A stretch of 64,000 nucleotides of DNA, taken from Litorivivens sp. GTDB lineage: Bacteria > Pseudomonadota > Gammaproteobacteria > Pseudomonadales > Spongiibacteraceae. Positions 8,408 to 20,100 of the stretch are shown here, one piece after another. Every line of letters begins with the position of its first letter. Within the stretch, counting starts at the first letter, position 1. The notes under the pieces are model-generated. The model was not told the DNA's origin, did no database searches, and saw nothing but the letters and a program-made list of their open reading frames with translations. The stretch is taken from NCBI GenBank assembly GCA_041625575.1, contig JBFJTG010000007.1, positions 1,879-65,878 on the forward strand, given 5' to 3'. The position numbers and the translations under genes were made by a program.

Positions 8408-10525
8408 ATGTCTGCCGCCGCGAATATACACCACCGAACCTGCAATCTCTGCGAAGCAATGTGTGGCCTGGTTATTGAACACGATGGCAGGCAGGTGATT
8501 AGTATTAAGGGCGACAAAGACGACCCTTTCAGCCGCGGCCATATTTGCCCCAAGGCGGTGGCACTTCAGGATCTCCAGGAAGATCCCGATCGATTACGCC
8601 AACCCATGAAAAAAGTGGACGGACAATGGACCGAAATTTCCTGGCCGCAGGCGCTGGATGAAGTTGCGGAAAAACTCTGTGCAATACAGGCCGAGCATGG
8701 CCGCGACGCGGTTGGCGTGTATCTGGGCAACCCCAACGTTCACAACACAGGCTCCATGCTGTTTAGTCGCGAACTACTCCACGCCCTGAATACCCGCAAC
8801 CGCTTTTCCGCTACCTCGGTGGATCAATTACCGCACCATCTGATCGCCTACAAGTTGTTTGGTCATCAGCTGAAAATTCCGGTACCGGACATTGATAACT
8901 GCGATTATTTCTTGGTGATTGGTGCCAACCCCATGGCATCCAACGGCAGCATCATGACCGTGCCCGATGTGCGCCATCGCCTAAAAGCCATTAAGGACAG
9001 CGGTGGCAAGCTTGTCGTGATCGATCCGAGGCGCAGCGAAACAGCCGATATCGCCAGCGAACACCTGTTTATTCGCCCCGGCAGCGACGCCCTGCTATTG
9101 GCAGCGATGATCCACTGCCTGTACGCCGACCAACTCGTCAAAGAGTACCGTCTGCAAGCACATATCGACGGACTGGAACCGCTCGAAGAATATTTTAGCG
9201 CATTCAGCCCCGAGGCTGTCGCCGACATCACGGGCATCAGCGCCACCGATATCCGCCGTCTGGTTGAAGAATTTTGTGCCGCCGAGCGTCCCGTGTGTTA
9301 CGGACGCATGGGGGTATCGGTGCAGCCTTTCGGCACACTCTGCCAGTACCTCATCATGCTGCTAAACATCCTGCGCGGCAGGCTCGATGAACCCGGCGGC
9401 CTAATGTTCACCACCCCCGCCATCGACACTTTGGCGGTAACGGGCCCGGGGAAATTCGACAAAAATCGCAGCCGCGTTCGCGACCTCCCCGCCTTTTCCG
9501 GCGAATATCCGGTTGCAGCACTGGCAGAAGAAATCCTGACACCCGGCGAAGGCCAGATTCGGGCCATGGTCACCGTGGCGGGTAATCCGATTCTTTCGAC
9601 ACCCAATGGCAAGCAGCTCGACAAGGCCTTTGAAAGCCTCGATTTTATGGTCAGCATCGACTTCTACCTGAATGAGAGCAGTCGTCATGCCGACATCATC
9701 CTGCCTCCGGTCAGCCCACTCGAACGCGAACACTATGATGTGATATTTCACCTGCTTGCGGTGCGCAATAGCAGCCGCTATGCCGACGCGCTGTTTCCTA
9801 AACCGGAGGGCGCCTATCACGACTGGGAAATTTTTCAGGCTCTGGCCGATCGCATCGCGCCAGCCACCGGCCTGCTAGGCAAGCTCAGTCACCGCGCAAA
9901 ACGCCTGCTCACGCCTACCCGAACCCTGGACCAGTTGCTGAAACGCGGCCCTTACAAGCTATCTATCAAGCAGTTGCTGAAGACACCCCACGGAGTCGAT
10001 CTCGGCCCCCTGCAATCGCAACTGCCGGACACACTAATCCATGCAAACAAGCGCATCCAATTGGACCCCGGGTTCTTTCTCTCCGATATGCCACGCTTGC
10101 AAAAGGCGCTGGACGCCCACGATCACGACGCCGAAAGTATGCTGTTAATCGGTCGCCGGCACGCGCGCAGTAACAATTCCTGGCTACACAACAGCCATCG
10201 TCTGGTTAAAGGCAGGTCGCGCTGTACCGCCCAGATCAATCCGCGCGATGCCGCGCGCCTAGGTGTAGAAGATGGCCAAAATGTGCGCATTACCTCCCGG
10301 GTGGGCTCAATAGTCATTCCGGCGGAACTGACCGACGCCCTCATGCCGGGAGTCGTCAGCATTCCTCACGGCTGGGGACATCAACGCGAAGGTGTGCAAC
10401 TCGAAATTGCCGGTCAACACGCGGGCGTAAGCGTGAATGACCTGACCGACGAGTTAGCGCTTGACGCCTTATCGGGCAACGCCGCCCTGAATGCGCTGCC
10501 CGTGCAGTTGCGACTGGCGAGCTGA
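8408..10525 (+). CDS. Molybdopterin oxidoreductase (DMSO reductase superfamily, uncharacterised lineage)
   Basis: N-terminal 4Fe-4S motif CNLCEAMCG...CPK, IGANPMASNGS, VVIDPRRSETA, IRPGSD, C-terminal molybdopterin dinucleotide-binding domain (RRHARSNNSW, PGVVSIPHGWG). Confidence 0.92.
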   Translation: MSAAANIHHRTCNLCEAMCGLVIEHDGRQVISIKGDKDDPFSRGHICPKAVALQDLQEDPDRLRQPMKKVDGQWTEISWPQALDEVAEKLCAIQAEHGRDAVGVYLGNPNVHNTGSMLFSRELLHALNTRNRFSATSVDQLPHHLIAYKLFGHQLKIPVPDIDNCDYFLVIGANPMASNGSIMTVPDVRHRLKAIKDSGGKLVVIDPRRSETADIASEHLFIRPGSDALLLAAMIHCLYADQLVKEYRLQAHIDGLEPLEEYFSAFSPEAVADITGISATDIRRLVEEFCAAERPVCYGRMGVSVQPFGTLCQYLIMLLNILRGRLDEPGGLMFTTPAIDTLAVTGPGKFDKNRSRVRDLPAFSGEYPVAALAEEILTPGEGQIRAMVTVAGNPILSTPNGKQLDKAFESLDFMVSIDFYLNESSRHADIILPPVSPLEREHYDVIFHLLAVRNSSRYADALFPKPEGAYHDWEIFQALADRIAPATGLLGKLSHRAKRLLTPTRTLDQLLKRGPYKLSIKQLLKTPHGVDLGPLQSQLPDTLIHANKRIQLDPGFFLSDMPRLQKALDAHDHDAESMLLIGRRHARSNNSWLHNSHRLVKGRSRCTAQINPRDAARLGVEDGQNVRITSRVGSIVIPAELTDALMPGVVSIPHGWGHQREGVQLEIAGQHAGVSVNDLTDELALDALSGNAALNALPVQLRLAS

Positions 10526-10625
10526 TTTTTTCGGGGAAAGCACCGGCTCTCTGACGTCTGACGCGAAAAACCCCTTGTATCCCCTTGAAACTGTGCGCAA
10601 AATAATCAGCACACAAGGGGTCTGT

Positions 10626-11921
10626 ATGTCCGACGATAACGCCTACATAAAGTGGTTCAGAAATTCCGCACCGTATATCAATGCGCACCGCGGCAAGACC
10701 TTCGTGCTGATGATCAGCGGCGAGGCCGTCGCTCATCCGAATTTTCCGACTATTATTCACGACATTGCCCTGCTGAACAGTCTGGGCGTCAATCTTGTGC
10801 TAATCCACGGTGCTCGACCGCAAATTGAAGCACGCGTGCAGCAGCGTAACCTCGATAGTCGCTTTCATGGCGAGCTGCGCATTACTGACCCGGGCACGCT
10901 GGACTGTGTTTGCGATGCAGCTGGCTCCCTGCGTGCCCATATTGAGGCGCTGCTCTCCATGGGCGTCGCCAATTCGCCCATGCACGGCTCCGGAATCCGT
11001 GTCGCGTCGGGAAACTATGTGACAGCCAGACCCATTGGCGTGGTCGACGGCATCGATCTGGAACACACAGGCCAGGTACGACGCATCGACGCCGAGGCGA
11101 TTCACCGCCAATTAGCCCAGGACAACATGGTGTTGATTTCACCGCTGGGATATTCACCCACCGGTGAGATTTTTAATGTGGCGCTGGAAGACATCGTGGT
11201 GGAAACTGCCGCCGCCATCAACGCCGACAAGCTGATTATTTTCGACGAATTGCCGGGCATCATCTGCGACGGCGAACTTTTACGAGAGTGTGAATTACGC
11301 GACGCCCGCGCAATGCTGGACTCGGCCACTAACGCCGCAAATTTGCATACCATCATTCGCGCCGGCGAACGTGGCATCAGCCGCTGCCACCTCATCGGCT
11401 ACGCCGAAGACGGGGCCTTGCTGGAAGAGTTGTATACCCGCGACGGTGCCGGCACGCTGGTCTCCAGCGATCACTATGAAGAGCTAGTCTCTGCCAATAT
11501 CGACGATGTCGGCGGCATTCTTGAAATTATCGCACCGCTGGAAGATGAAGGCGTGCTGGTGAAACGTTCGCGCGAACGACTGGAAAACGAAATACACTGC
11601 TTCAAAGTAATTCGTCGCGACGGTGTTGTGATCGCCTGCGCCGCGCTATATCCCTACCCGGAAAACGGCTGCGGCGAAATTGCCTGCGTCGCCACCCACC
11701 CGGATTACCGCCGCAGTGATCGCGGTGAACGTTTACTGCTGGCACTGGAAAAACACGCGCGCACGCTCGGGCTTGCCTCTGTTTTTGTGCTTACCACCCG
11801 CACCGCACACTGGTTCCAGGAGCAGGGTTTTACTGCGGCCAACATAGAGCAACTGCCGCCGGGCAAGCAGCAACTGTATAATTTCCAGCGCAACTCCAAA
11901 GTCTTTAGCAAGGTTTTATAA
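10626..11921 (+). CDS. argA: Amino-acid N-acetyltransferase (N-acetylglutamate synthase)
   Basis: WFRNSAPYINAHRGKTFV, HGARPQI, SPLGYSPTGEIFN, C-terminal GNAT domain with LTTRTAHWF, YNFQRNSKV; start moved to ATG 10626 after AAGGGG. Confidence 0.96.
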   Translation: MSDDNAYIKWFRNSAPYINAHRGKTFVLMISGEAVAHPNFPTIIHDIALLNSLGVNLVLIHGARPQIEARVQQRNLDSRFHGELRITDPGTLDCVCDAAGSLRAHIEALLSMGVANSPMHGSGIRVASGNYVTARPIGVVDGIDLEHTGQVRRIDAEAIHRQLAQDNMVLISPLGYSPTGEIFNVALEDIVVETAAAINADKLIIFDELPGIICDGELLRECELRDARAMLDSATNAANLHTIIRAGERGISRCHLIGYAEDGALLEELYTRDGAGTLVSSDHYEELVSANIDDVGGILEIIAPLEDEGVLVKRSRERLENEIHCFKVIRRDGVVIACAALYPYPENGCGEIACVATHPDYRRSDRGERLLLALEKHARTLGLASVFVLTTRTAHWFQEQGFTAANIEQLPPGKQQLYNFQRNSKVFSKVL

Positions 11922-11926
11922 AGCCT

Positions 11927-12649
11927 ATGCGCGTGCCCCGAATTTACTGCGCTGAAGTCCATTCGGCTAATACTTCAATCAGGCTGGACGAAACCGGCTC
12001 ACGTCACCTCTGCCAGGTCTTGCGGCTGGGCGCCGGACACCCGCTCACCATTTTTAATGGCCGCGGCCTGGCCTTTGAAGCAGAGATCGAACAGGCAGAC
12101 AAAAAGCGCGCCATTGTCCGCATCGGGCTTGAAAAAACAGAAGATTGCCAGTCGCCTCTGGCCATCCATCTCGGCATCGCACTATCAAAGGGCGATCGCT
12201 TTGACTGGGTAGTCCAAAAGGCCACGGAGCTGGGTGTGAATTGCATCACGCCCTTAAAAACCAAACGTGTAGACGTGCGTCTCAACGCTGAACGCGCCGA
12301 AAAAAAACTGCGACATTGGCAGCAAATAATCATCAGCGCCTGCGAGCAGTCCGGCAGAAATACTTTGCCGGAGTTAAGTGGGATTGCAGCTCTTAATGAA
12401 TGGCTGCCGCTAAAGGCCGACGAAAAATGGGTGCTGTGCCCGGACAACGCTCAAGCACTGTCCACCGAGATCAAACCTGCATCGGTCGCGCTTCTTATTG
12501 GTCCCGAGGGTGGACTGGACGAGCTGGAGATCGCACAAGCGAAAAAATCCGGTTTCAAAGCGCTGCAGCTAGGGCCGCGCGTCCTTCGAACCGAAACCGC
12601 TCCGCTGGCTGCCATTGCTATTTTGCAGCATCACTGGGGTGATATGTGA
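11927..12649 (+). CDS. rsmE: 16S rRNA m3U1498 methyltransferase
   Basis: HLCQVLRL, QKATELGV, ACEQSGR, LIGPEGGL, LGPRVLRTETA. Confidence 0.96.
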   Translation: MRVPRIYCAEVHSANTSIRLDETGSRHLCQVLRLGAGHPLTIFNGRGLAFEAEIEQADKKRAIVRIGLEKTEDCQSPLAIHLGIALSKGDRFDWVVQKATELGVNCITPLKTKRVDVRLNAERAEKKLRHWQQIIISACEQSGRNTLPELSGIAALNEWLPLKADEKWVLCPDNAQALSTEIKPASVALLIGPEGGLDELEIAQAKKSGFKALQLGPRVLRTETAPLAAIAILQHHWGDM

Positions 12650-12662
12650 CAGCCTGGAAGGT

Positions 12663-13142
12663 TTAGCGCAAGAGCACACGACAAATTTGAGCTTCTATTA
12701 TTTCCAGATCAGGTATGACACCCGGTTCACCCGCCAATAACACCCGCGACAGTTCAACACGGCCACCACCTGCATTGTCGTCAAGCGCCAAATCTTCCGC
12801 CACTATTCGGCTCTGCCGCGGAATGCCGCTACACATGAGCGCAAAAAAGGGCAGCTCTTCGCGGCCACTGATGCCATTGAGTATCGCAACCTGGGAGCTT
12901 CTCTCCTGCACTTGCTCAAGATCACCATTCAGACACTCGAAGGAAATCAGCGGAACACTCTGTCCACGCCAGCTGATCATTCCCAAAAACCAGTTCGGCG
13001 CATCCGCAAGCGGCTCTGGCTCAGCTGCACTGACAAACTCGGCGACATTAACGTTAGGCAACACCAATTGCTTGCTGCGCGAGGGCAACATCAGCACCGG
13101 CACCGAATCAGTAAACTGTAGCCGCTTGACGTCCTCTTTCAT
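12663..13142 (-). CDS. chpC: CheW-like adaptor ChpC
   Basis: LVLPNVNVAE, WFLGMISWRGQSVPLISFE; last gene of the Pil-Chp operon. Confidence 0.88.
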   Translation of the reverse strand: MKEDVKRLQFTDSVPVLMLPSRSKQLVLPNVNVAEFVSAAEPEPLADAPNWFLGMISWRGQSVPLISFECLNGDLEQVQERSSQVAILNGISGREELPFFALMCSGIPRQSRIVAEDLALDDNAGGGRVELSRVLLAGEPGVIPDLEIIEAQICRVLLR

Positions 13143-13170
13143 TCACTGCCTCGTTGACTGCCATTAGTCG

Positions 13171-14082
13171 TTAAAAAATACGCACACTTTCATGTGCAAG
13201 TGTCGCCGCGAGCTTATCCACGCTGCCAACAATGCTGACCAAACCAGTGGCTATCGCGGCTTCCGGCATGGTGGCGCTCATACATTCTTCCGGCTGCTGG
13301 GCCCATACTTGCCCGCCGTAGCGGCAAACATCCTGAGCCGCCCGCTCACCGTCATTGCAGGTGCCGCTAAAAATAATCATACCGAGCTTGCGGCGATACT
13401 GCAGCGCGAGATCAAGCGCGACATCGTCAATACAGGGCCTGTACTGGCCACGCCATGCTTTGCTTGAGGCAATCACTCGGCCAAAGGGCAAAAACCGGGG
13501 CCTGATTTCCGGCGCTATTATCAGCACCTGTCCCGACTCCAGCCTAGCCTCCCCCTGAAACATCTCCGCCTGAAAGGCTGTATTTCGGTTCAGGTGGGTC
13601 AGCAGGGCTTTGTCGAATGCCTCTTCGATGTGTTGTACATAAACAAATGCCGCCGGTACATCCGCCGGCAGTACCGAAAGAAACGCTGTCACTGCGTCCG
13701 GCCCACCCAGCGACGCACCCAGCAGCCATATTGCTGGCGGCTCTCCGCCAGCAACCCCTTTGCGCCCACCCAAGGCACCGTCTAACTTGCGTATCAGTTG
13801 CGCCTGCCACTGCGCGAGCGCGATATTATCATCAGGCCATTCATCGAGCACGATGGTCGGTGCGCTCGACACGGCGGCAATGTAATCCAGTGCCGGCTCC
13901 ATTCTGTGTGCTGGCAGCAAAACCAGCCAGATCTGCGGCACTTCTTCCAGTTCACCGTGAGCTCGCTGAAGACCTTCACTATTACAACTCAAGGACACAT
14001 AGTGCGAGGCTTTGACCAACTGATTTTCCAGCCAAGCTCGTTTGCGCGTATCATCCACAACCAAAGCAAGCTGGGTCATCAA
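13171..14082 (-). CDS. chpB: CheB-like methylesterase ChpB
   Basis: GASLGGP (Ser), VQHI (His), SGTCNDG (Asp), MPEAA; lies between chpA and chpC. Confidence 0.88.
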   Translation of the reverse strand: MMTQLALVVDDTRKRAWLENQLVKASHYVSLSCNSEGLQRAHGELEEVPQIWLVLLPAHRMEPALDYIAAVSSAPTIVLDEWPDDNIALAQWQAQLIRKLDGALGGRKGVAGGEPPAIWLLGASLGGPDAVTAFLSVLPADVPAAFVYVQHIEEAFDKALLTHLNRNTAFQAEMFQGEARLESGQVLIIAPEIRPRFLPFGRVIASSKAWRGQYRPCIDDVALDLALQYRRKLGMIIFSGTCNDGERAAQDVCRYGGQVWAQQPEECMSATMPEAAIATGLVSIVGSVDKLAATLAHESVRIF

Positions 14083-14140
14083 GCCCTCATCACACTATCA
14101 AGCTGTTGCTCCACACGGGAGAGCAGTCCAGCTCGATACA

Positions 14141-17100
14141 TCAGTGCGCAACCTCACCCATCACCTCTGAAATAGCCTGTAATAAGGTGATTTCCTGAAA
14201 GGGCTTGCCCAAATATTTATTCACACCAAGACTGAAAGCGCGTTCGCGGTGCTTATCGCCGGTACGCGACGTAATCATGATGATCGGGATATCCTGTAAA
14301 CGACCTGTATGCCGCACGCGGCTTGCCACCTCAAAGCCATCCATTCTTGGCATTTCGATATCGAGCAAAATAACGTCGGGCAAGCGTTCACAGGTTTGCA
14401 ATTGCGTTACCGCATCGACACCATCTTTTGCCAAAATCACATCCATGCCCTGCCGCTCAAGCAAGCGCGACGTGACTTTACGCACCGTCACGGAGTCATC
14501 CACGACCATAACCAGTCGGCTACGCTCTTCAATAAATTGTGTTTTCTGCTGCTCTAGTACAGCATCGCGTCCTCGCTGCACGTCTACACGTATCAGTGCG
14601 GGAATATCGACGATCACAACCACACTGCCGTCGCCAAGCACCGTCGCGCCAGAGAGCCCATGCACGTGACTGAATTGAGGGCCTAGCGCTTTTACCACGA
14701 TCTCCCTGGACCCCAAAATACTGTCCACCTGCACAGCCGTTGGCCTGTCGGTACCGCGGGCGAGCAGTACAGGCCGAGCCTCGGTCTGCCCTTCCAGATG
14801 CGGTGTCGCCAGGGTTCGCAGCAAGCCGCCTAGGTAACGGAGCGAGTAGGGCTGCTGGGCATATTCAAAGGGCGGTGCATCGGGCTGGTAATAAACCTCC
14901 AGCTCGTAGGGGCTAACGCGCACGACCCCTTCCACGGTATTAATGGGAATCGCAAAAATATCGCCGCCAACGCTAACCATTAGCGCGCGGTTGACCGATA
15001 CAGTAAATGGGAGGCGGATCACGAATTCCGTGCCCTTGCCACGTGTCGACTCTACCTCTATGCCGCCACCGAGCTGTTTAATTTCACTGTAAACCACGTC
15101 CATGCCAACGCCGCGACCGGAAATCTGAGTCACCTTGCTGGCCGTCGAAAAGCCCGCTTCAAAGAGGAATTCGCTCAGCTGCCCCTCTGTGACGTTTTGG
15201 TCTTCGGTGATTAAACCCATAGCCACGGCTTTCTTGCGAACCGCATCGAAGTCTATACCGCCGCCGTCATCCTTCAGGATAATCAACACGTCGCCGCCTT
15301 CACGGCCAAAGCGCATACTGATACTACCGACCGGATTCTTGCCCGCAGCGCGACGCTCTTCCGCCGTTTCAATCCCGTGGTCTACCGCGTTTCGCAACAT
15401 ATGCTCAAGCGGTGGAATAATACGTTCAAGAACCTGCCTATCCAGCTCACCTTCAGCATTGTAAACACTGAACTCAACCCGCTTGCTGACCTCCAGACTT
15501 ACCTGTCTGACGATTCGGCGGAGGCGAGGAATCATGCGGGTAAAGTGCACCATCCGCGAGCGCATAAGACCTTCTTGCAGCTCGGTATTGATACGACCCT
15601 GCTGCAGGAGCAGGGTTTCCATATCGCGCGTGCGCTCACCGAGCGTCGTACGGATATCGACCAAATCTGACGATGACTCCATCAAGGAGCGGGATAGCTG
15701 CTGCAACTGGGAATAGCGGTCAAATTCGAGAGGGTCAAAACCTTCCTGTTCCGTACCGACCTGTTCCTGCCGGAACAAAATCTGGGCTTCGGTTTCAATA
15801 TCCAGCCGCCGCACCTGTTCCTGCAAACGATCTACCGTCATGGCCATTTCATCCAGCGACATGGTCAGTTCGGTAACCTGTTCTTCTGCGCGCCCGCGAG
15901 ATATGGAGGTTTCGCCAGCCAAATTGACTAGGCTCTCCATCAAGGCCGAGGGAACCTTGATCATCTCCTGCGGCATTTGCGAATCCATCGCCACAGGCGA
16001 CTTTTGCTGGCTGGCTGCAAGCGCGGTCTTGGCCTCGGCCAGAACTTCCAATAGCTCCGGTGCCGGGGCTTGTTCAACAATGGCGGGAAGCAAGGGCTCA
16101 CTGGCCCAATGCGGATTACCGCCGCGGACGGCTTCTATGCCTTCGCTCAGACGGTCCTGATAGGCCAGCATTTGCGACAGAAAATCATCGTCCCTGCGCT
16201 GAGTTTGCTCGATATAAGTTTCAAACTCATGACTGGTATCACCGAGGCCAACCAGGCCGGCCAGACGGGCACCACCCTTGAAGGTATGGAGGTGGCGTTG
16301 CAGCAATTCCAGATGCTCGGTGTTATTCCGGTCGCCGGTCCAATATTGAATGGCATCATCGATCGCCTCAATTAAATCGTCAGCTTCTTCTAAAAAGATA
16401 TCAACGACTTCCGGCTCCGCCACAAAGGCTGGTGCGCCCTCAACTGGCGACGACACCGGCTCCACCTCGTCGACCCCTTCGAGACTGGGGTCAAAAGCGT
16501 CGTTCAGTATCGGCGGCTCAGCATTGGCCGGCTCAGCATTTGGCAGCTCAACACTGAAGCGCTCGCCGCGTCGCACAGCAGCAACACCAGCAACCAGCGC
16601 ATCTTGAAAGGCGTGAAGGCGCGGCAAAAACTGATCGCTGTTCGACTCGCCACTGCTCAGCGACGCTTCCACGAAGCTCTCAAAATCATGTGCGTACGAT
16701 CCCAGCGCTGAAAGCCCCGCCATACGGGCGCCGCCCTTTATCGTATGCAGGTGGCGCAGCAAATTGTTCAAATCACTCTGGCTGCCCTCACTCTCGGACC
16801 AGGCATTGATTGATTCATCAATGCCCTCGAGCAACTCTTCCGCCTCCTCCAGAAATATAGCTGCCACTTCCGGATCGACGTCCTCCAATTCCTCTACCGG
16901 CTCCGGGTCTGGCTCAATCCGCTCACTTGCTGCCGCTACCTGCGCAACCTCGGGCTGATCTGGCTCTGGCTGCAGCGCCTCGGTAACGAGCGGTATGTCC
17001 CCGGAAGCGGCTGTGAGCTCAATGTCTTCTGCGTCGATACCGCTACCAGCAGACTGCCACGGGTCTGCCTGCTCCGACTCCAGCTCAATATTTCCATGCG

Positions 17101-20100
17101 CCGTGCCGTAATCGAACTTCTGGATTCGCTTCAAAAGCACCGCGGCGGGCTGCGGCTTTTGTTCTGCCGCAAGTTCATTGAGCATGTCATCGAGCACACC
17201 GACGGCGCGACGACACAGATCAAGAGCCTCTTCCGGCACGGGCTCAACGGCGCCTGCCATCAGGACTTTCAAGCCTTGAGCCAACTCGCTAATAGCCTCA
17301 AGATTTTTAATCTCGCCCGCCCGCTGCGCTATCAGGCCGCAGGTATCAGCCAAACGCCGAAGACTGGCGGCATCCGCGTAGTGCGTCAAGGTTTGCGTCA
17401 TAGCGGATAAGCGATCTGCCGTCGCAACCATAAAGCTGTCGAGCTCGCCCGGCGCAAGCCGCGCTTCACTGTGACTATCGTTATCTTGCACATTGAGCAT
17501 CAATCGCCGATGCAGCGCATCAATCCGGCTTAGCAAAATAGCGCTGTTTGCGATTTCGGTGCTCTGGCCGCTCTCAATTTTGTCGATTGCGGAATTGATA
17601 CTGCCAACCACATCACCCAGGAGCATCAGACTTTCTACATCGGCGGGAACACGCACCGAGCGGATATCTTTAACGAAGCTCTCAAGGGGCGAGATAACCT
17701 TCGCCACTTCAAACATTTCCGCCATATTGGCGGCGCCCTTCAAGGTATGCAGTGAGCGCTGTACCGCATCGGAAATATCAATGGGCGCCTCGGCTCTCAC
17801 TAGGAAATTTTCTATCACCTGCAAATGAATGCGCGCTTCAGCAACAAAAATATCCGCCAGGGCATCTTCCGAACTTGCCGCTTCGCCACCTTCACCAAGC
17901 GCAGGAGACTGTGCAATATCGACCGGCTCCGGCTCGACTTCGGGAGGCGGCGTTACGGCCAGTTCAGACAAATCCGGCGACTGACTGTTCGCCAGCGCCT
18001 CGGCCTTAGCCTGCACTTCTGCAATAGCTGCACCGTCAACGCGCTGGCCCTGACTGTAGGCCTTGATCATGTCAGGCAACATAGCAATACACTGATCTAT
18101 CAGGGCAAGGCGCGGGGAATCCATCTGCAGCTGTTTCTCAACAACGCGATTGAGCATGTTCTCTATCGACCAGGCAAGCTCGCCTATTTGCTGCGCCCCA
18201 ACCATGCGCCCACTGCCTTTTAGGGTGTGGAAACCGCGACGCATTTCAGCCAAGGCCTGTTCATCCGACAAATTACTATCCAGTGCCGGACGATTGTCAT
18301 TCAGTGTATCAAGCACTTCGTCAGCTTCTTCGACAAAGATCTCCACCAGCTCCGGATCGACCTCGTCCGCATCCTCGCTTGTAACTGATTCTTTATCTGC
18401 AGGATTCAATTGCGCCGTGTCAGCGGAAGGCTTTTCATTTGCCTGAGCCACAGGTGACTCGGCTTTTTGCTTGGCAGCGGTGCTTTGCCGCTCGGATTCC
18501 GGACGCTCCGGGCCATCAACCGGATAGCCCAATTGAGCGACACACCGCTCCGCGACGACCAATACATCGTGATCAATGTTATCGAAATCGCTGGCGCATC
18601 GTTCGAGATAATAATCAACAGACGTCAGGGAATCGGCCAAAGCGTCCAGCGTTTGCCAATCCGGCGCATGGGGGTCATCGAGCAGCTGCTCGCTGACAAA
18701 GCGTTCACTCGACTTTAGGATTCGCGCCGCTCGATCGAGCTCCGCGATGATGAGGCTGCCCTGAATGCTGGCCAAAAGCTCCGGCAATTCCTTTAGGTAA
18801 TCAATATGCCACTGATTCGCGACGAAGTTGACGACCGCTTCTTTCGCCAACTCAAGCCCATTGCGCGACTCGCGAATAACCGACAGGTAGGCGCGATCAA
18901 GCTGCTGCTGCGCCTCTTCACTGTCGTTAAACATCGGCTTGGCAAAGCTGGGGGGCAATTCTGCGCGCAGGGAATCGGCAAGCTGGCGCAATTCTGCTTC
19001 CGGACTGGCGCTTTCTCCACCGGCCTTGTCGAGCCGGGCACGGATACCGCTCAAGGTCTGATATTCCGATGACAGCCCAAGAATGGCCATGGCGTCATGC
19101 ACATCATCAAGCCGCTGCAAGGAGGCTTCCTGGAAGTCACCTCGCGCCATCGCATTGGCCATGAAGATCAGCTCTACCGCCAGCGTTTCGCGCACTTTCG
19201 ACATAGCGGTGTTGGCCTGACTTTCATCGCTTCGCGACGGAAGTCCATCCTCCGTTTTATAGCGAGATTTAACGTCTCGAATATAATTAGAGCTGGCGTT
19301 GCTCGTTGCCACGTAAAAAAGCATATCGCGCAATAGCGTTTCTGGCAGCGGCCTCTCAAGTACGGCTGGTCCCGTGTCAACAAATAAACGAATTTCCTTG
19401 TCGACCCTGCGCAGCATATTGCGCACAGCAAAACCGCTGTGAATGGAGTTATTCAGCAAGCCTTCAAGCAGGGCGATACAGACAACCCACAAATCCTGCA
19501 CCTCGTGGCCACGGCAGATTTTTGCAGCGCGCGCACAAACCTTGGCCATGTAGTTGAGGTTTTTGCGGGTATCGCTACCCCGGAAATAGCCGAGCAGTGC
19601 AACCTGATACATTTGCCTCAGCTTTTTCGCCACCTCCAGAAATTCGTGCTCTGGCAGACTTACCGAAGACTCGCTGGTATACGTGCCGGCGGCCACATCG
19701 GGGGCAAAAAGATCAACGGTCGCCAGTAAGTTACGACCGCGAACGGCGCGTAATTCATTAAGTGCCAAGACCAGTTCGGAGGGGAATTCACGGCGCGACT
19801 CACGCACCCTGTCAAGATATTGCGGCATCTCACTGAGAGAGCGCTTTAGAGCCAGCAAGGCGTCGGCCAAATGGTTGTCGGCTATTTCACTGTCAAGTAC
19901 GGCATTTACCAGGCCTTCCATTTCTTCGGCCAGTAGGGCAACGCCGAAGAACTCTACTATCTGCAGACTACCCTGCACCTGATGAATATGCGCAAGGCAA
20001 AAATGCAAGCGCGTACTGTCGTTGGGGTCATCAATAAATGCCTGCAAGGCTTCCTGAGCAGCCTGCAGAGATTCAGCGATCTCTCCGGCTACCCAGTCAA

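Noticed and set aside
16514-16540. 15-bp-period duplication (CGGCTCAGCATT twice; PNAEPANAEP) in chpA
   Set aside because: In-frame micro-duplication in a low-complexity linker; too short to indicate a functional repeat or phase variation
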